Part shown: positions 41,925 to 50,940 of the stretch, piece by piece
Position numbering within the stretch: position 1 is the stretch's first letter
Layout: the number at the start of each line of letters is the position of its first letter
Assembly: GCF_030690045.1 (NCBI RefSeq)
Contig: NZ_JAUYHK010000009.1
Span: 83,718-147,717, forward strand
From: Thalassospira sp.
GTDB taxonomy: Bacteria > Pseudomonadota > Alphaproteobacteria > Rhodospirillales > Thalassospiraceae
Direction: 5' to 3'
DNA: 64,000 nt
Notes under the pieces: model-generated
Databases searched by the model: none
What the model saw: the letters and a program-made list of their open reading frames with translations, nothing else
Told to the model about the DNA's origin: nothing
Program-made: the position numbers and the translations under genes

Positions 41925-42818
41925 ATGGCCTTTATTGACCACATCCATGCCTGCAACAATGCCGATCCGGGCCGTTATCACCCCTTCCGGATCGGCGATC
42001 AGGTGATCGGTGCCTTGCGCCCGGATTTCCGGGCTGCCCTTTTGGCCGCCAGCCCCGATTTCAGTTTCGATGATGACGGCACCTGCCGCTTTGCCCCGCA
42101 CATCAACACCCCCACCGCCCGCAGCGCCGCCCTTGCCATCGCCGCAGACATCCTGCATCAACAGGGCGTGATCCCGCGCCTGCATGGTGAAAAATTCGAT
42201 ATCCGCCCGTCTTTGTCGGTTGATCCGCTGGCACAGCTTGACCGATCCGCCATGCCCTGTTTCGGGTTCCGGTCATGGGGGGTGCATATGAACGGGTTCG
42301 TGCGCAAACAGGGCGGCATTCATATGTGGATCGCCCACCGCGCACAGGACAAGGCCAATTATCCGGGGATGCTCGATAATATGGTCGCCGGCGGGCAGCC
42401 ATCCGGCCTTGGTTTTCTGGAAAACATGATCAAGGAATGCGCCGAAGAAGCCGCCATTCCGCCGGAATTGTCGCGTCATTTAAAACCGGTCGGCACCGTA
42501 TCATATTTATATGAAACCAGCGAAGGCCTGAAACCCGATGTCATGGTCAATTACGATCTGGAATTGCCAATCGATTTTATCCCCGACAATGCCGATGGCG
42601 AAGTCGGCCATTTTGAATTGCGGCCGATTGCCGAGGTCGCCGAAATTGTCCGCACCGGATTTGAATTCAAATTCAACTGCGCCCTGGTGATCATTGATTT
42701 TCTGATCCGCCACGGCATTCTGACCGCCGACAATGAACCCGATTATTGCCGGTTAACAACCGGACTGCACCGCGATGTAACCGTATCGGGCATGTTCAGC
42801 AAACCGGTGGTTTCATGA
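41925..42818 (+). CDS. NUDIX hydrolase with an N-terminal DUF4743-like domain
   Basis: Nudix box GGQPSGLGFLENMIKECAEEAAIP. Confidence 0.8.
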   Translation: MAFIDHIHACNNADPGRYHPFRIGDQVIGALRPDFRAALLAASPDFSFDDDGTCRFAPHINTPTARSAALAIAADILHQQGVIPRLHGEKFDIRPSLSVDPLAQLDRSAMPCFGFRSWGVHMNGFVRKQGGIHMWIAHRAQDKANYPGMLDNMVAGGQPSGLGFLENMIKECAEEAAIPPELSRHLKPVGTVSYLYETSEGLKPDVMVNYDLELPIDFIPDNADGEVGHFELRPIAEVAEIVRTGFEFKFNCALVIIDFLIRHGILTADNEPDYCRLTTGLHRDVTVSGMFSKPVVS

Positions 42819-43289
42819 CTTCGGTTTTTGTTCGCCCATAAAGGCCCCGACCGCCATCAGGGTCAGTTTCATGCGGATTTCAGGGTCAAGCGCGTCCAGA
42901 TCGGCCTGTTTGCTGCGCATGGCGCCCAGGGCATCGGCAATCAGTTTGGCGCGTTGTGGATCGGCATCGGCCGATACCTTGCTTTTGTCACGGCCCAGTT
43001 TCATATCCGCCCGTTGCAGGGCCGCCAGAATTTCCGACGGGGTGCTGTCACTTTCGGTCAGGGTTTCGGCAAGGGCCCGGGCCCGCGCCTCGTCAAAGCT
43101 CAACCCCTCGGCCTCATAGGCAGTGGCACGGTCGCTGATTCGGCGGTCCTTTTGGGCGCGCAAGGCGGTCTCCCGTGCGCCCAGACCATCCTTGTCCTGC
43201 AAGGCCTGCGTTTCCTGATACGCCTTTAACGCCTCGCGCCCGCTTTTGCCGACAAAAACACGCAGCAGCGCCCGTTTCAGCATGCCCAT
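42813..43289 (-). CDS. Hypothetical protein (158 aa, helical, charged)
   Basis: Long ORF with native codon usage. No motif recognised. Its stop overlaps the convergent Nudix gene by 6 nt. Confidence 0.5.
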   Translation of the reverse strand: MGMLKRALLRVFVGKSGREALKAYQETQALQDKDGLGARETALRAQKDRRISDRATAYEAEGLSFDEARARALAETLTESDSTPSEILAALQRADMKLGRDKSKVSADADPQRAKLIADALGAMRSKQADLDALDPEIRMKLTLMAVGAFMGEQKPKS

Positions 43290-43413
43290 TCGCCGTTCCT
43301 TAACCGTCCTGCAAACCGTTCCCGTTTCTGTATCGGGATCATTCTATCGCAAACAGATTGCCAAATCATTGCAGATTGCACCGGCCTCGACAGGACCACC
43401 GGCCAAAAGGCAA

Positions 43414-43875
43414 TCAGATACCCTCAACCATCCGGCCTTCTTCCACCGCCAGTAAAAACCGCATCAGTGAAATGATGTCATCGATATCGAAATGTGCAAC
43501 ATCAAACAGAAAATCCACATTGTCGCGGGCCGGATCATCCGGGCGGCCAAAAATGCCAAACTGGATATATTCCGCATCCATTGCCGACAATGCCGATTGC
43601 AAATCCATCACCCGCACCCGGTCATCATGATCAACCGATACCCGCACCAGGGCCAGCATATCGGCATCGCAATCGACAACCTGCTGTGAAATCGATACCG
43701 CATCGGAACCCGATGGCGCGATATCAACATCAAAGCCACCATCGGCAAAGCGGCTGGCAACAAGATTAAGATATGTTTCATCCGCCAGACATCCCGTTGC
43801 AATCAGGATGCGCGGATGACGCCCTTCCAGTTCGGCAAAACGCGCCAGCATCGATGCAAGCTCAACAGAAGTCAT
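43414..43875 (-). CDS. Stand-alone B12-binding-domain-like protein lacking the DxHxxG histidine
   Basis: RILIATGCLADETYLNLVASRFADGGFDVDIAP parallels the Rossmann-like B12-binding domain of methylmalonyl-CoA mutase (..GQDGHDRG...FADLGFDVD..). The His-containing loop is replaced by LADETY. Confidence 0.55.
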   Translation of the reverse strand: MTSVELASMLARFAELEGRHPRILIATGCLADETYLNLVASRFADGGFDVDIAPSGSDAVSISQQVVDCDADMLALVRVSVDHDDRVRVMDLQSALSAMDAEYIQFGIFGRPDDPARDNVDFLFDVAHFDIDDIISLMRFLLAVEEGRMVEGI

Positions 43876-43996
43876 AATCCCTCACCGTCAGGTCAGGGCC
43901 GGGTCGGGATTATCGGCAGGAAAGTCACATCATCCGCGACCAGACCATAAAGACAGTCAAGTATCACCGCCCCGGCCCGGAACTGCAAGGCTTGCC

Positions 43997-44650
43997 CTAA
44001 AAAGGCAGCGGCCCGACCCCGATGATCACGGGATGCAGCAACACCATCGCCCCATACAGCAAGATACCGCCGACAATATCGCGCCAGCCAAAAGCCGAAA
44101 ATGTGATCCCGCGCCAGTCAAATCGCCGAGTCCCGGCAAGAATAGCCTGATATTGCACATCGGGCATCCCGCGCGACCGGATTTTCTCCATCCGGGCAAA
44201 GCCGATCAGGGCAAAGATGGCACTGCCCCCAAAAAACAGCAATGCGGCCAGATGCCCGTTGGGCACCAGATGCGCAAGCCCCCAGATCGCCATGCCCAGC
44301 AACAGGGGATGGCGGGTAAAACGGTTGATCCCCGGACGGGCCGGATCAAACCCCGCCCGACGGCCCAGCGACAACGGGCAAGGTTGCCGCAATCCCGCCA
44401 CCCACAACACAGACACCGGCACCATCGCAATCAGAGGAACCCAGTGTTGCTGCGGGTTATAGGGCCATAATTCAATATAATCGGCCCGGCCTTCTTCATA
44501 AATCACCCAGGCCAGCAACAACAGGGATGTCACCGAAAACAGGATGATATAAAGCCATTCGCCCAGCACCGCCTGCAATCGCGCCCGCAACAGACCGGGA
44601 ATGACATGGCCCAGCAAAAAGACCCCAATCGCGATGAAAAACCATGTCAC
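43997..44650 (-). CDS. NnrU-family membrane protein
   Basis: MTWFFIAIGVFLLGHVIPGLLRARLQAVLGEWLY..., with 5-6 TM segments. Confidence 0.75.
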   Translation of the reverse strand: MTWFFIAIGVFLLGHVIPGLLRARLQAVLGEWLYIILFSVTSLLLLAWVIYEEGRADYIELWPYNPQQHWVPLIAMVPVSVLWVAGLRQPCPLSLGRRAGFDPARPGINRFTRHPLLLGMAIWGLAHLVPNGHLAALLFFGGSAIFALIGFARMEKIRSRGMPDVQYQAILAGTRRFDWRGITFSAFGWRDIVGGILLYGAMVLLHPVIIGVGPLPF

Positions 44651-44735
44651 GGGACGATCAATCCTTTACTTTGGGCGCCGGGCATGCAAATTGCGCAAAC
44701 CCTGCGCTGTGCCTTGGCCCTTGCGTCATACGGGT

Positions 44736-44760
44736 TTAGCGGATACCACTTGTCCGCTAA
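44736..44760. promoter_or_regulatory. Perfect inverted repeat upstream of gcrA
   Basis: TTAGCGGA-N9-TCCGCTAA, 59 nt upstream of the gcrA ATG in the NnrU/gcrA divergent region. Confidence 0.3.
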
Positions 44761-44818
44761 TTGACTTTGCACAATAAAGCGGACTTTGGCCCGCATCGGA
44801 ACACGGAATATACTCGAA

Positions 44819-45235
44819 ATGAGCTGGACGCCGGAAAAGATTGAATTGCTGACTTCGCTCTGGAATCAGGGCTGGACCACGGCACGCATCGGTGAAGAAC
44901 TGGGTGTGGGCAAAAACGCCGTTGTCGGCAAGGCGCATCGCCTTGGCCTGCCCAAACGTCCGTCGCCGATTCAGCGCCGCGCCGAAGACGCCGAACCCAA
45001 AAAGGCTCCGGCCCCGAAAGTCCAAAGCAAGGGCATCAGCATCTATGACCTTGGGCCGGGCATGTGCCGGTGGCCGTTTGGCGATCCGGGCGATGAAGAT
45101 TTCCATTTCTGTGGCAAGAAAAACATCCCCGGCAAACCCTATTGCGACGAACATTGTGCGGCGGCCTATCTCAATGGCAAAAGCCCGCGGGATGACGGCC
45201 CGCGCAACAATCCGCATGCGCCGCGCAAACACTGA
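44819..45235 (+). CDS. gcrA: Cell-cycle regulator GcrA
   Basis: MSWTPEKIELLTSLWNQGWTTARIGEELGVGKNAVVGKAHRLGLPKRPSP...CRWPFGDPGDEDFHFCG...YCDEH. Confidence 0.9.
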   Translation: MSWTPEKIELLTSLWNQGWTTARIGEELGVGKNAVVGKAHRLGLPKRPSPIQRRAEDAEPKKAPAPKVQSKGISIYDLGPGMCRWPFGDPGDEDFHFCGKKNIPGKPYCDEHCAAAYLNGKSPRDDGPRNNPHAPRKH

Positions 45236-45255
45236 TCACAGCCCGGTTTGACACC

Positions 45256-45292
45256 CGACCAAAATCAAAAAGCCGCCCCGGTGAAAACAGGG
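45256..45292. terminator. Bidirectional terminator between the convergent gcrA and cpdB
   Basis: AAAAAGCCGCCC-loop-GGGCGGCTTTTT. Confidence 0.6.
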
Positions 45293-45322
45293 CGGCTTTT
45301 TCGGGATCAGGCCCCGTGATTG

Positions 45323-47281
45323 TTATGGCATGGCCGACAGAACATACCGGGCAAACCCGTCGGCATCCTCGCCGATAAAGCTGATATTGTCCGGTGCATT
45401 TCGGGTACCCGATGCCTTCGGACTGGTGACAAAGGTAACATTGCTGGCATTGCCAACCGGGGCAAGGCGCCAATTGCCATCTGCCGCAGGGTTGATTTCC
45501 TTTTCTTCCAGAATGTAATTGCCCAGAACCGTGCGGTTTTCATCCGGGGCCTCGATAATGATGGTCGATCCATCCAGACCCGGAAAATTGCCCCCGCCCC
45601 CCGCACGGTAATTATTGGTCGCCACCACAAATTTCTGGCTGCCATCAATCGGCGCACCATCAAATTCCAGATCAAGAATGCGACGGGCATCGGGGTTGAC
45701 CAGTTCGCCCCCCCGGTTATAGCGGGCCGGTTGCGTCACATCGATCTGATAGGTCACGCCATCAATCACATCGAAATTATAAGTCGGAAATTCCGGGTTG
45801 ATCAAAGCCTGTTCATCCGTGCTTTCCGGATCGATCCGGTTAAACTGCCCGGCCGACATTTCCAGCCATTCCCGCACCTGATCCCCATTCAGCAACACCG
45901 CACGCACCGTATTGGGATAAATATACAGATCGGCGACATTTTTCAGGGCAATGTCGCCTTCGGGAATGTCGGTGTAATAATCCGGGCCACCCCGGCCACC
46001 GGCCTTGAACGGTGCCCCGGCCGACAGGATCGGCAAACCGTCATATTCCGACCCGCGCAGCAGTTTTTCCAGATACCATTTCTGGGCATTGGTAACGATC
46101 TGGATCGACGGGTCATCGGCCACCAGTGCAAAGAAACTGTTGATCGGCGAGGATGTCGTTCCCACCCCTTCGCGCATATAGGCGATGGTGGCTTCGTGTT
46201 CTTCCTTTACCGCGTCAATCACCTCGGGATCGGCTTCCACCAGCGGCGTCACATCGCGGCCTTCGCGGAAATAAATCGGGCGAACATCGGCCAGCGCATC
46301 CACCACCTGCCATTCCCCGGCCTCATTGACCGACAATTGCAAATCAATCACGCCCAGATGGCTGCCCCAGAAACCGGGCATCACCGCCGGAACGCCATTG
46401 ATCGTCCCCTTGGTCAGATCCACCCCGTCAATATCGGCATAAACATCGGATGGAAACACCGCATGGGCATGGCCAAACAGGATGGCATCAATGCCCTCGA
46501 CCTTGCTCAAATGATAGGTGGCGTTTTCTGCCATGCCATCGGCGGACAGGGTGCTAAGCCCGGAATGCGGAACGGCAATAACGATATCGGCCCCTTTTTC
46601 GCGCATTTCCGGCACATATTTGCGGGCCATCTCAACAATGTCCTTGCTGATCACATGGCCTTCCAGATTGGCCTTGTCCCATTGCATGATTTGCGGCGGG
46701 ACGAACCCGATCACGCCGACAACCGCCTTGTGGGAGGTGCCATCGGTATCGACAAATTCCCGATCCAGCAGGACATAGGGATCGAAATACGGTTTGTCAT
46801 TGTCCGGGTTGCCATCGCCATCATCGACAAAGACATTGGCACTGACATAGGGGAAATTCGCCCCGGACAGGGATTTCGCCAGAAAATCCAGCCCGTAATT
46901 GAATTCATGATTGCCGATATTGGCAGCATCATAACCCAGCAGATTCATCGCCTTATAGACCGGATGCACATCCCCCTCCGCAAGCCCGCGGCGCTTTGCC
47001 ATATAATCGCCCAGCGGATTGCCCTGAATCAGGTCGCCATTATCAATCAGCAACGAATTTGCCACCTCGCCGCGGGCGGTTTTCAGCAATGTCGCAATTT
47101 TCGCAAGCCCCACCGTATCGGATGCGCCATCCTGATAATAATCGTAATTGACCAGATGGGTATGGATGTCGGTGGTTTCGAGAATGCGCAGCGAAACGGT
47201 ATTGTCGGCCTGCGCCCCCGACGATCCAAGGGCAAACGACAAGGCCAGAATGGCCGCGCCCAGCGGGCGATGATAGGTCAT
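45323..47281 (-). CDS. cpdB: Bifunctional 2',3'-cyclic-nucleotide 2'-phosphodiesterase / 3'-nucleotidase (periplasmic)
   Basis: Signal peptide, then LRILETTDIHTHLVNYDYYQD...LLIDNGDLIQGNPLGDY...GNHEFNYG, closely parallel to E. coli CpdB. Confidence 0.9.
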   Translation of the reverse strand: MTYHRPLGAAILALSFALGSSGAQADNTVSLRILETTDIHTHLVNYDYYQDGASDTVGLAKIATLLKTARGEVANSLLIDNGDLIQGNPLGDYMAKRRGLAEGDVHPVYKAMNLLGYDAANIGNHEFNYGLDFLAKSLSGANFPYVSANVFVDDGDGNPDNDKPYFDPYVLLDREFVDTDGTSHKAVVGVIGFVPPQIMQWDKANLEGHVISKDIVEMARKYVPEMREKGADIVIAVPHSGLSTLSADGMAENATYHLSKVEGIDAILFGHAHAVFPSDVYADIDGVDLTKGTINGVPAVMPGFWGSHLGVIDLQLSVNEAGEWQVVDALADVRPIYFREGRDVTPLVEADPEVIDAVKEEHEATIAYMREGVGTTSSPINSFFALVADDPSIQIVTNAQKWYLEKLLRGSEYDGLPILSAGAPFKAGGRGGPDYYTDIPEGDIALKNVADLYIYPNTVRAVLLNGDQVREWLEMSAGQFNRIDPESTDEQALINPEFPTYNFDVIDGVTYQIDVTQPARYNRGGELVNPDARRILDLEFDGAPIDGSQKFVVATNNYRAGGGGNFPGLDGSTIIIEAPDENRTVLGNYILEEKEINPAADGNWRLAPVGNASNVTFVTSPKASGTRNAPDNISFIGEDADGFARYVLSAMP

Positions 47282-47382
47282 GATGAAGCATCCCGTGTTT
47301 GGTGTATTGGCAAGATGACTTTAAAGCTGAATCTTTGGTCAGGTTTTGAAGATTTTGCGAAAAAGCTGTGGCAAATACAAAT

Positions 47383-47414
47383 AAAAACGCCCGCCAATTT
47401 TGGCGGACGTTTTC
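47383..47414 (-). terminator. Terminator downstream of the MFS gene
   Basis: AAAAACGCCCGCC-aatttt-GGCGGACGTTTT: a 9-bp stem with 1 mismatch and U-runs on both strands. Confidence 0.5.
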
Positions 47415-47447
47415 GGGTTTGAAAAAATACGACAATCCGGCAGGCAA

Positions 47448-48713
47448 TCACTGCGCCGGTTGAACGGCAATATGTCCGGGCAAAACATCCTTGCGGCCAA
47501 ACTGCACCTCGTTGCCCGGTCCCGGATCTTCGGGCACGCACAGCGACAGGATCAACGACACACATGCCATGGCCGCCCCGGCCAGGAAAACCGCCCCCGG
47601 CCATACCAGCCATAACAGGCCGAACGCCGCCGGGATAAACACCGCGGCAATATGGTTGATGGTAAAACTGACCCCGGCGGTCGATGAAATATCACGCGGA
47701 TCGGCGATTTTCTGGAAATAGGTTTTCATCGCAATCGCCAGCGCAAAGAAAATATGATCGATCACATAAAGCGCCCCGCCCATTGCAGCACTTTCGACAA
47801 AGGCATAACTGACAAATACAATGATCAGCCCTGTATACTCAAATACCAGAGATTTGCGTTCGCCCCATTTGCCGATCAGCGCCCCGATTTTGGGGGCCAG
47901 AACCATATTGACCGCATGATTGACCAGAAACAGCAGGGTGATCGCCGCCGCGTCATAGCCAAATTTCTCAACCATCAAAAACCCGGCAAAAACGGTAAAA
48001 ATCTGGCGGCGGGCCCCGCTCATGAAAGTCAGGGCGTAATACAGCCAATACCGTTTCCGCAGCAGCAATTTCTTGTTTTGCGGATGAACATCGGCAAATT
48101 TCGGAAAGGCCATCCACGCAAACAACGCCACCCCGATGGTCAGCGCCCCGCCCAGCAAATAGATATAATGATAAGGTGCGTCAAAAATCTCCAGCAACAG
48201 CCAGACCATCGCAAACATCAACAAAGACGACAGCGATTTGGCCGATAATTGCTGCCCCATGGCGCGGGCTGTGCGATCCTTTGCCACCCATTGCAGCGAC
48301 AGGGATTGCTGCATGGTTTCAAAATAATGGAACCCGATCGACATCAGAACCGTGGTGAAATACAGCCCCAGAATGGTCGGAAAATAACCGCTGATCGCCA
48401 CCCCGATCCCCAGAATCAGCAAGGATACCAGCGCAAAGGTCTGTTCACGCAGCACCAGCAGCACAAAAATCGCGGTAAAGGCCAGAAACCCCGGAATTTC
48501 ACGCAGACTTTGCAAAATGCCGATTTCGCGCCCGGTAAACCCGGCCATCTCGATCGAAAAATTATTCAAAAGCGCCATCCAGGTCGAAAAGGATAACGGC
48601 ATCGCCGCCGCCATCACAATCAGCAAGACCTCAGGATTGCGCCAGCCCCGATGAACCACCGGCGGCGGGGCGGGCGGCAAGGACGATAACGGCGAAGAGG
48701 GCGAGACAGACAT
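47448..48713 (-). CDS. MFS transporter
   Basis: About 12 predicted TM segments over 421 aa. Confidence 0.85.
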   Translation of the reverse strand: MSVSPSSPLSSLPPAPPPVVHRGWRNPEVLLIVMAAAMPLSFSTWMALLNNFSIEMAGFTGREIGILQSLREIPGFLAFTAIFVLLVLREQTFALVSLLILGIGVAISGYFPTILGLYFTTVLMSIGFHYFETMQQSLSLQWVAKDRTARAMGQQLSAKSLSSLLMFAMVWLLLEIFDAPYHYIYLLGGALTIGVALFAWMAFPKFADVHPQNKKLLLRKRYWLYYALTFMSGARRQIFTVFAGFLMVEKFGYDAAAITLLFLVNHAVNMVLAPKIGALIGKWGERKSLVFEYTGLIIVFVSYAFVESAAMGGALYVIDHIFFALAIAMKTYFQKIADPRDISSTAGVSFTINHIAAVFIPAAFGLLWLVWPGAVFLAGAAMACVSLILSLCVPEDPGPGNEVQFGRKDVLPGHIAVQPAQ

Positions 48714-48851
48714 GACATTTCCCCAGATACGGCAACGTGTGACCGCCCCGTATTTCCAATGGTGTTTCTTTATAATATGTCCAGATTAACAATGGAAAAC
48801 CCGTCTGTCTCACGGTAATCTGCCAACAGATACGGCAAACGGGACACATTA

Positions 48852-49232
48852 ATGGCACATCTTACCCAGCACCGCCCAACCCCGTCCGACGAAGCCCGGC
48901 ATATCCGCCCGCGCCCGCCACAATTGCCAAGGCCGGTTTATGTCCGTATGAGCGACGTACCCGCCGGGCACAGCATCGGCGCACATTGCCATGACTGGTC
49001 AAAACATTGCGGGGCCTCGTCGCGCACCCTGGCCCGCCTGTTCCTGCGCGAAACCGGCATGCCGTTTCGCGACTGGCGGCAAAAACTGCGCTTGCTCCAT
49101 GCTTTGGAAAAACTCGCCAATAACCGCCCGGTCACCGAAATCGCCCTTGATCTCGGCTATGACAACACATCGGCCTTTATTGCCATGTTCCGCAAGGCGA
49201 TGGGGACAACACCGGGATCCTATTTTCGATAA
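48852..49232 (+). CDS. AraC-family regulator remnant (126 aa, internal in-frame deletion likely)
   Basis: The N-terminal cupin start RPVYVRMSDVPAGHSIGAHCHDW is joined directly to the C-terminal HTH region SSRTLARLFLRETGMPFRDWRQKLRLLHAL...IALDLGYDNTSAFIAMFRKAMGTTPGSY. Confidence 0.7.
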   Translation: MAHLTQHRPTPSDEARHIRPRPPQLPRPVYVRMSDVPAGHSIGAHCHDWSKHCGASSRTLARLFLRETGMPFRDWRQKLRLLHALEKLANNRPVTEIALDLGYDNTSAFIAMFRKAMGTTPGSYFR

Positions 49233-49362
49233 TCACCAGTGATCACTTAAATAAAATCCCCCGACCCGCATATATGATCCCGACATATGAGATAATTTCA
49301 GTATTTCCCGCGCCGCTCTTTCGCTATCTGATAAAGATCCTGTCATCTTATGGAAAGTACCG

Positions 49363-50259
49363 ATGAACAGTATGTTATCGGGCGTGGGCCTGCGTCTTGC
49401 CGCCACCGGACTTTTTGCCGTCATGAGTTTGTTTGTCCGTCTGGCCTCGTTTGAGGTCCCGGTCGGGCAAATCATGTTCTGGCGCAGTTGGGTCGCCCTG
49501 ATCCCGATCATTCTGTATCTGATGTGGCGGCGGCAATTTCCGCGCGGCCTGCGCACGGCCCGCCCGCTGGGCCACCTCAAACGCAGCACCTTTGGCCTGG
49601 TGTCGATGTTTTTCTCGTTCCTGTCGCTGGCCTATCTGCCCCTTGCCCTTGCCACCGCCCTTGGCTTTCTCGCCCCGCTTCTGGTGTTGCCGGTTGCGAT
49701 GATCGTCTTGCGCGAACGGCCCGGCATTGCGGTTTTTACCGCCACCTTTGCCGGGTTCGCCGGGGTGTTTTTGATGTTATGGCCGACATTTTCAACACCG
49801 GGCATTGATACCGGCGTTTTGATCGGCATTGCAGCGGGGCTTGCGATGGCCGTCACCACCGCCTTTGCCAAGGTCCAGATCAAGGCCCTGACCGCCACCG
49901 AATCAGCGGGCACCATTGCCTTTTATTTTGCGATAATCTGTTCGCTCGGCGGGTTATCGACCCTGCCCTTTGGCTGGGCAGACACCAGCCCGCAAATCCT
50001 GCTGTGGCTGATCGGGGCCGGACTGACCGGGGGCCTTGCCCATATCTGCATGACCGAGGCCCTGGCCCGCGCCCCGGCATCAACCCTTGCCGCCTTTGAA
50101 TATACCGCCATGATCTGGGCGTTGTTGCTTGATGTCATGGTGTTCAACCTGCTGCCCGAACCGGTCAGCCTTGCCGGGGCCTTCCTGATCGTTCTGGCCG
50201 CTGCCGTCGTGATGTTTGGCGACAAATTGGCCGATATGGTAAAAGCTAAAAGGCAATAA
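49363..50259 (+). CDS. DMT-superfamily (EamA-like) transporter
   Basis: 10 TM segments in two EamA-type repeats. Confidence 0.85.
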   Translation: MNSMLSGVGLRLAATGLFAVMSLFVRLASFEVPVGQIMFWRSWVALIPIILYLMWRRQFPRGLRTARPLGHLKRSTFGLVSMFFSFLSLAYLPLALATALGFLAPLLVLPVAMIVLRERPGIAVFTATFAGFAGVFLMLWPTFSTPGIDTGVLIGIAAGLAMAVTTAFAKVQIKALTATESAGTIAFYFAIICSLGGLSTLPFGWADTSPQILLWLIGAGLTGGLAHICMTEALARAPASTLAAFEYTAMIWALLLDVMVFNLLPEPVSLAGAFLIVLAAAVVMFGDKLADMVKAKRQ

Positions 50260-50345
50260 GCGCAAAACGACAGGCCACAGAGCCCCGATAGACAATTGGC
50301 CTGTATTGGCATAAATTACCAATACACCTTGCAGGGAGACTGCCA

Positions 50346-50606
50346 GTGGTTACCCATAATGTCGTTTTGACAGAAAGTCAGGCGGAGCTGGTCGAAAACC
50401 TTGTCGCATCGGGCCGCTACCGGAATGCCAGCGAAGCCATGTGCGCCGGGTTGCGCCTGCTGGAACGCGAAGAAGCAGAAATTGAACAACTGCGTGACCG
50501 GATTGGTAAAAGCCTGAAACAGGCCCATGATGGCGATCTTGCAGAAGGCAGTGGTGAAGATGCCATCCGCCGCGCCTTTGCCGAAGCACGCCATCGTCGC
50601 CCATGA
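50346..50606 (+). CDS. parD: ParD-family type II antitoxin
   Basis: NVVLTESQAELVENLVASGRYRNASEAMCAGLRLLEREE is the ribbon-helix-helix ParD signature. GTG start follows GGGAGA. Confidence 0.85.
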   Translation: MVTHNVVLTESQAELVENLVASGRYRNASEAMCAGLRLLEREEAEIEQLRDRIGKSLKQAHDGDLAEGSGEDAIRRAFAEARHRRP

Positions 50607-50938
50607 CAAAACGCTGGCGTCTGACGCAACATGCCGAAGCCGCCTTAAAGGCAATTGCCATCTGGACAGAAGATACTTTCGGCCCGCGTCAGGCCATAGC
50701 CTATGAAAACGACATCATCAACCGATGCCGGGCAATTGCAAACAACACAGCCCCAAGCCAGGATTGCAGTATCCTGATATCGGCACAATCCCCCGGCACC
50801 CTGCGCTTCACCCGCTCAGGTCAACATTTCATCATCTATCTCGATCAGGGTGATACGATCATCATCCTTGATTTTCTGCATAGCCAAAGCAACCTGCCCG
50901 CAAAGATCAACGACCTGATGACGCGATCTCGCCCGTAA
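50603..50938 (+). CDS. parE: ParE-family type II toxin
   Basis: ATGA overlap with parD. W-RLTQHAEAALKAI..W......GPRQA..Y...I......IA, with a C-terminal HFIIYLDQGDTIIILDFLH. Confidence 0.85.
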   Translation: MTKRWRLTQHAEAALKAIAIWTEDTFGPRQAIAYENDIINRCRAIANNTAPSQDCSILISAQSPGTLRFTRSGQHFIIYLDQGDTIIILDFLHSQSNLPAKINDLMTRSRP

Positions 50939-50940
50939 TC

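Noticed and set aside
45320-47422. 700-aa plus-strand ORF. Similar long ORFs occur at 2211-3428, 13937-15064, 16666-17538, 27922-29151, 56940-58361 and 58265-59473.
   Set aside because: All lie antisense to genes with unmistakable family signatures (cpdB, proB, nucleoside hydrolase, permease, mutL, CoA-transferase, gcdH). Their translations are Arg/Gly/His/Pro/Gln-rich and low in complexity. This is the usual stop-free shadow frame of GC-rich coding DNA.
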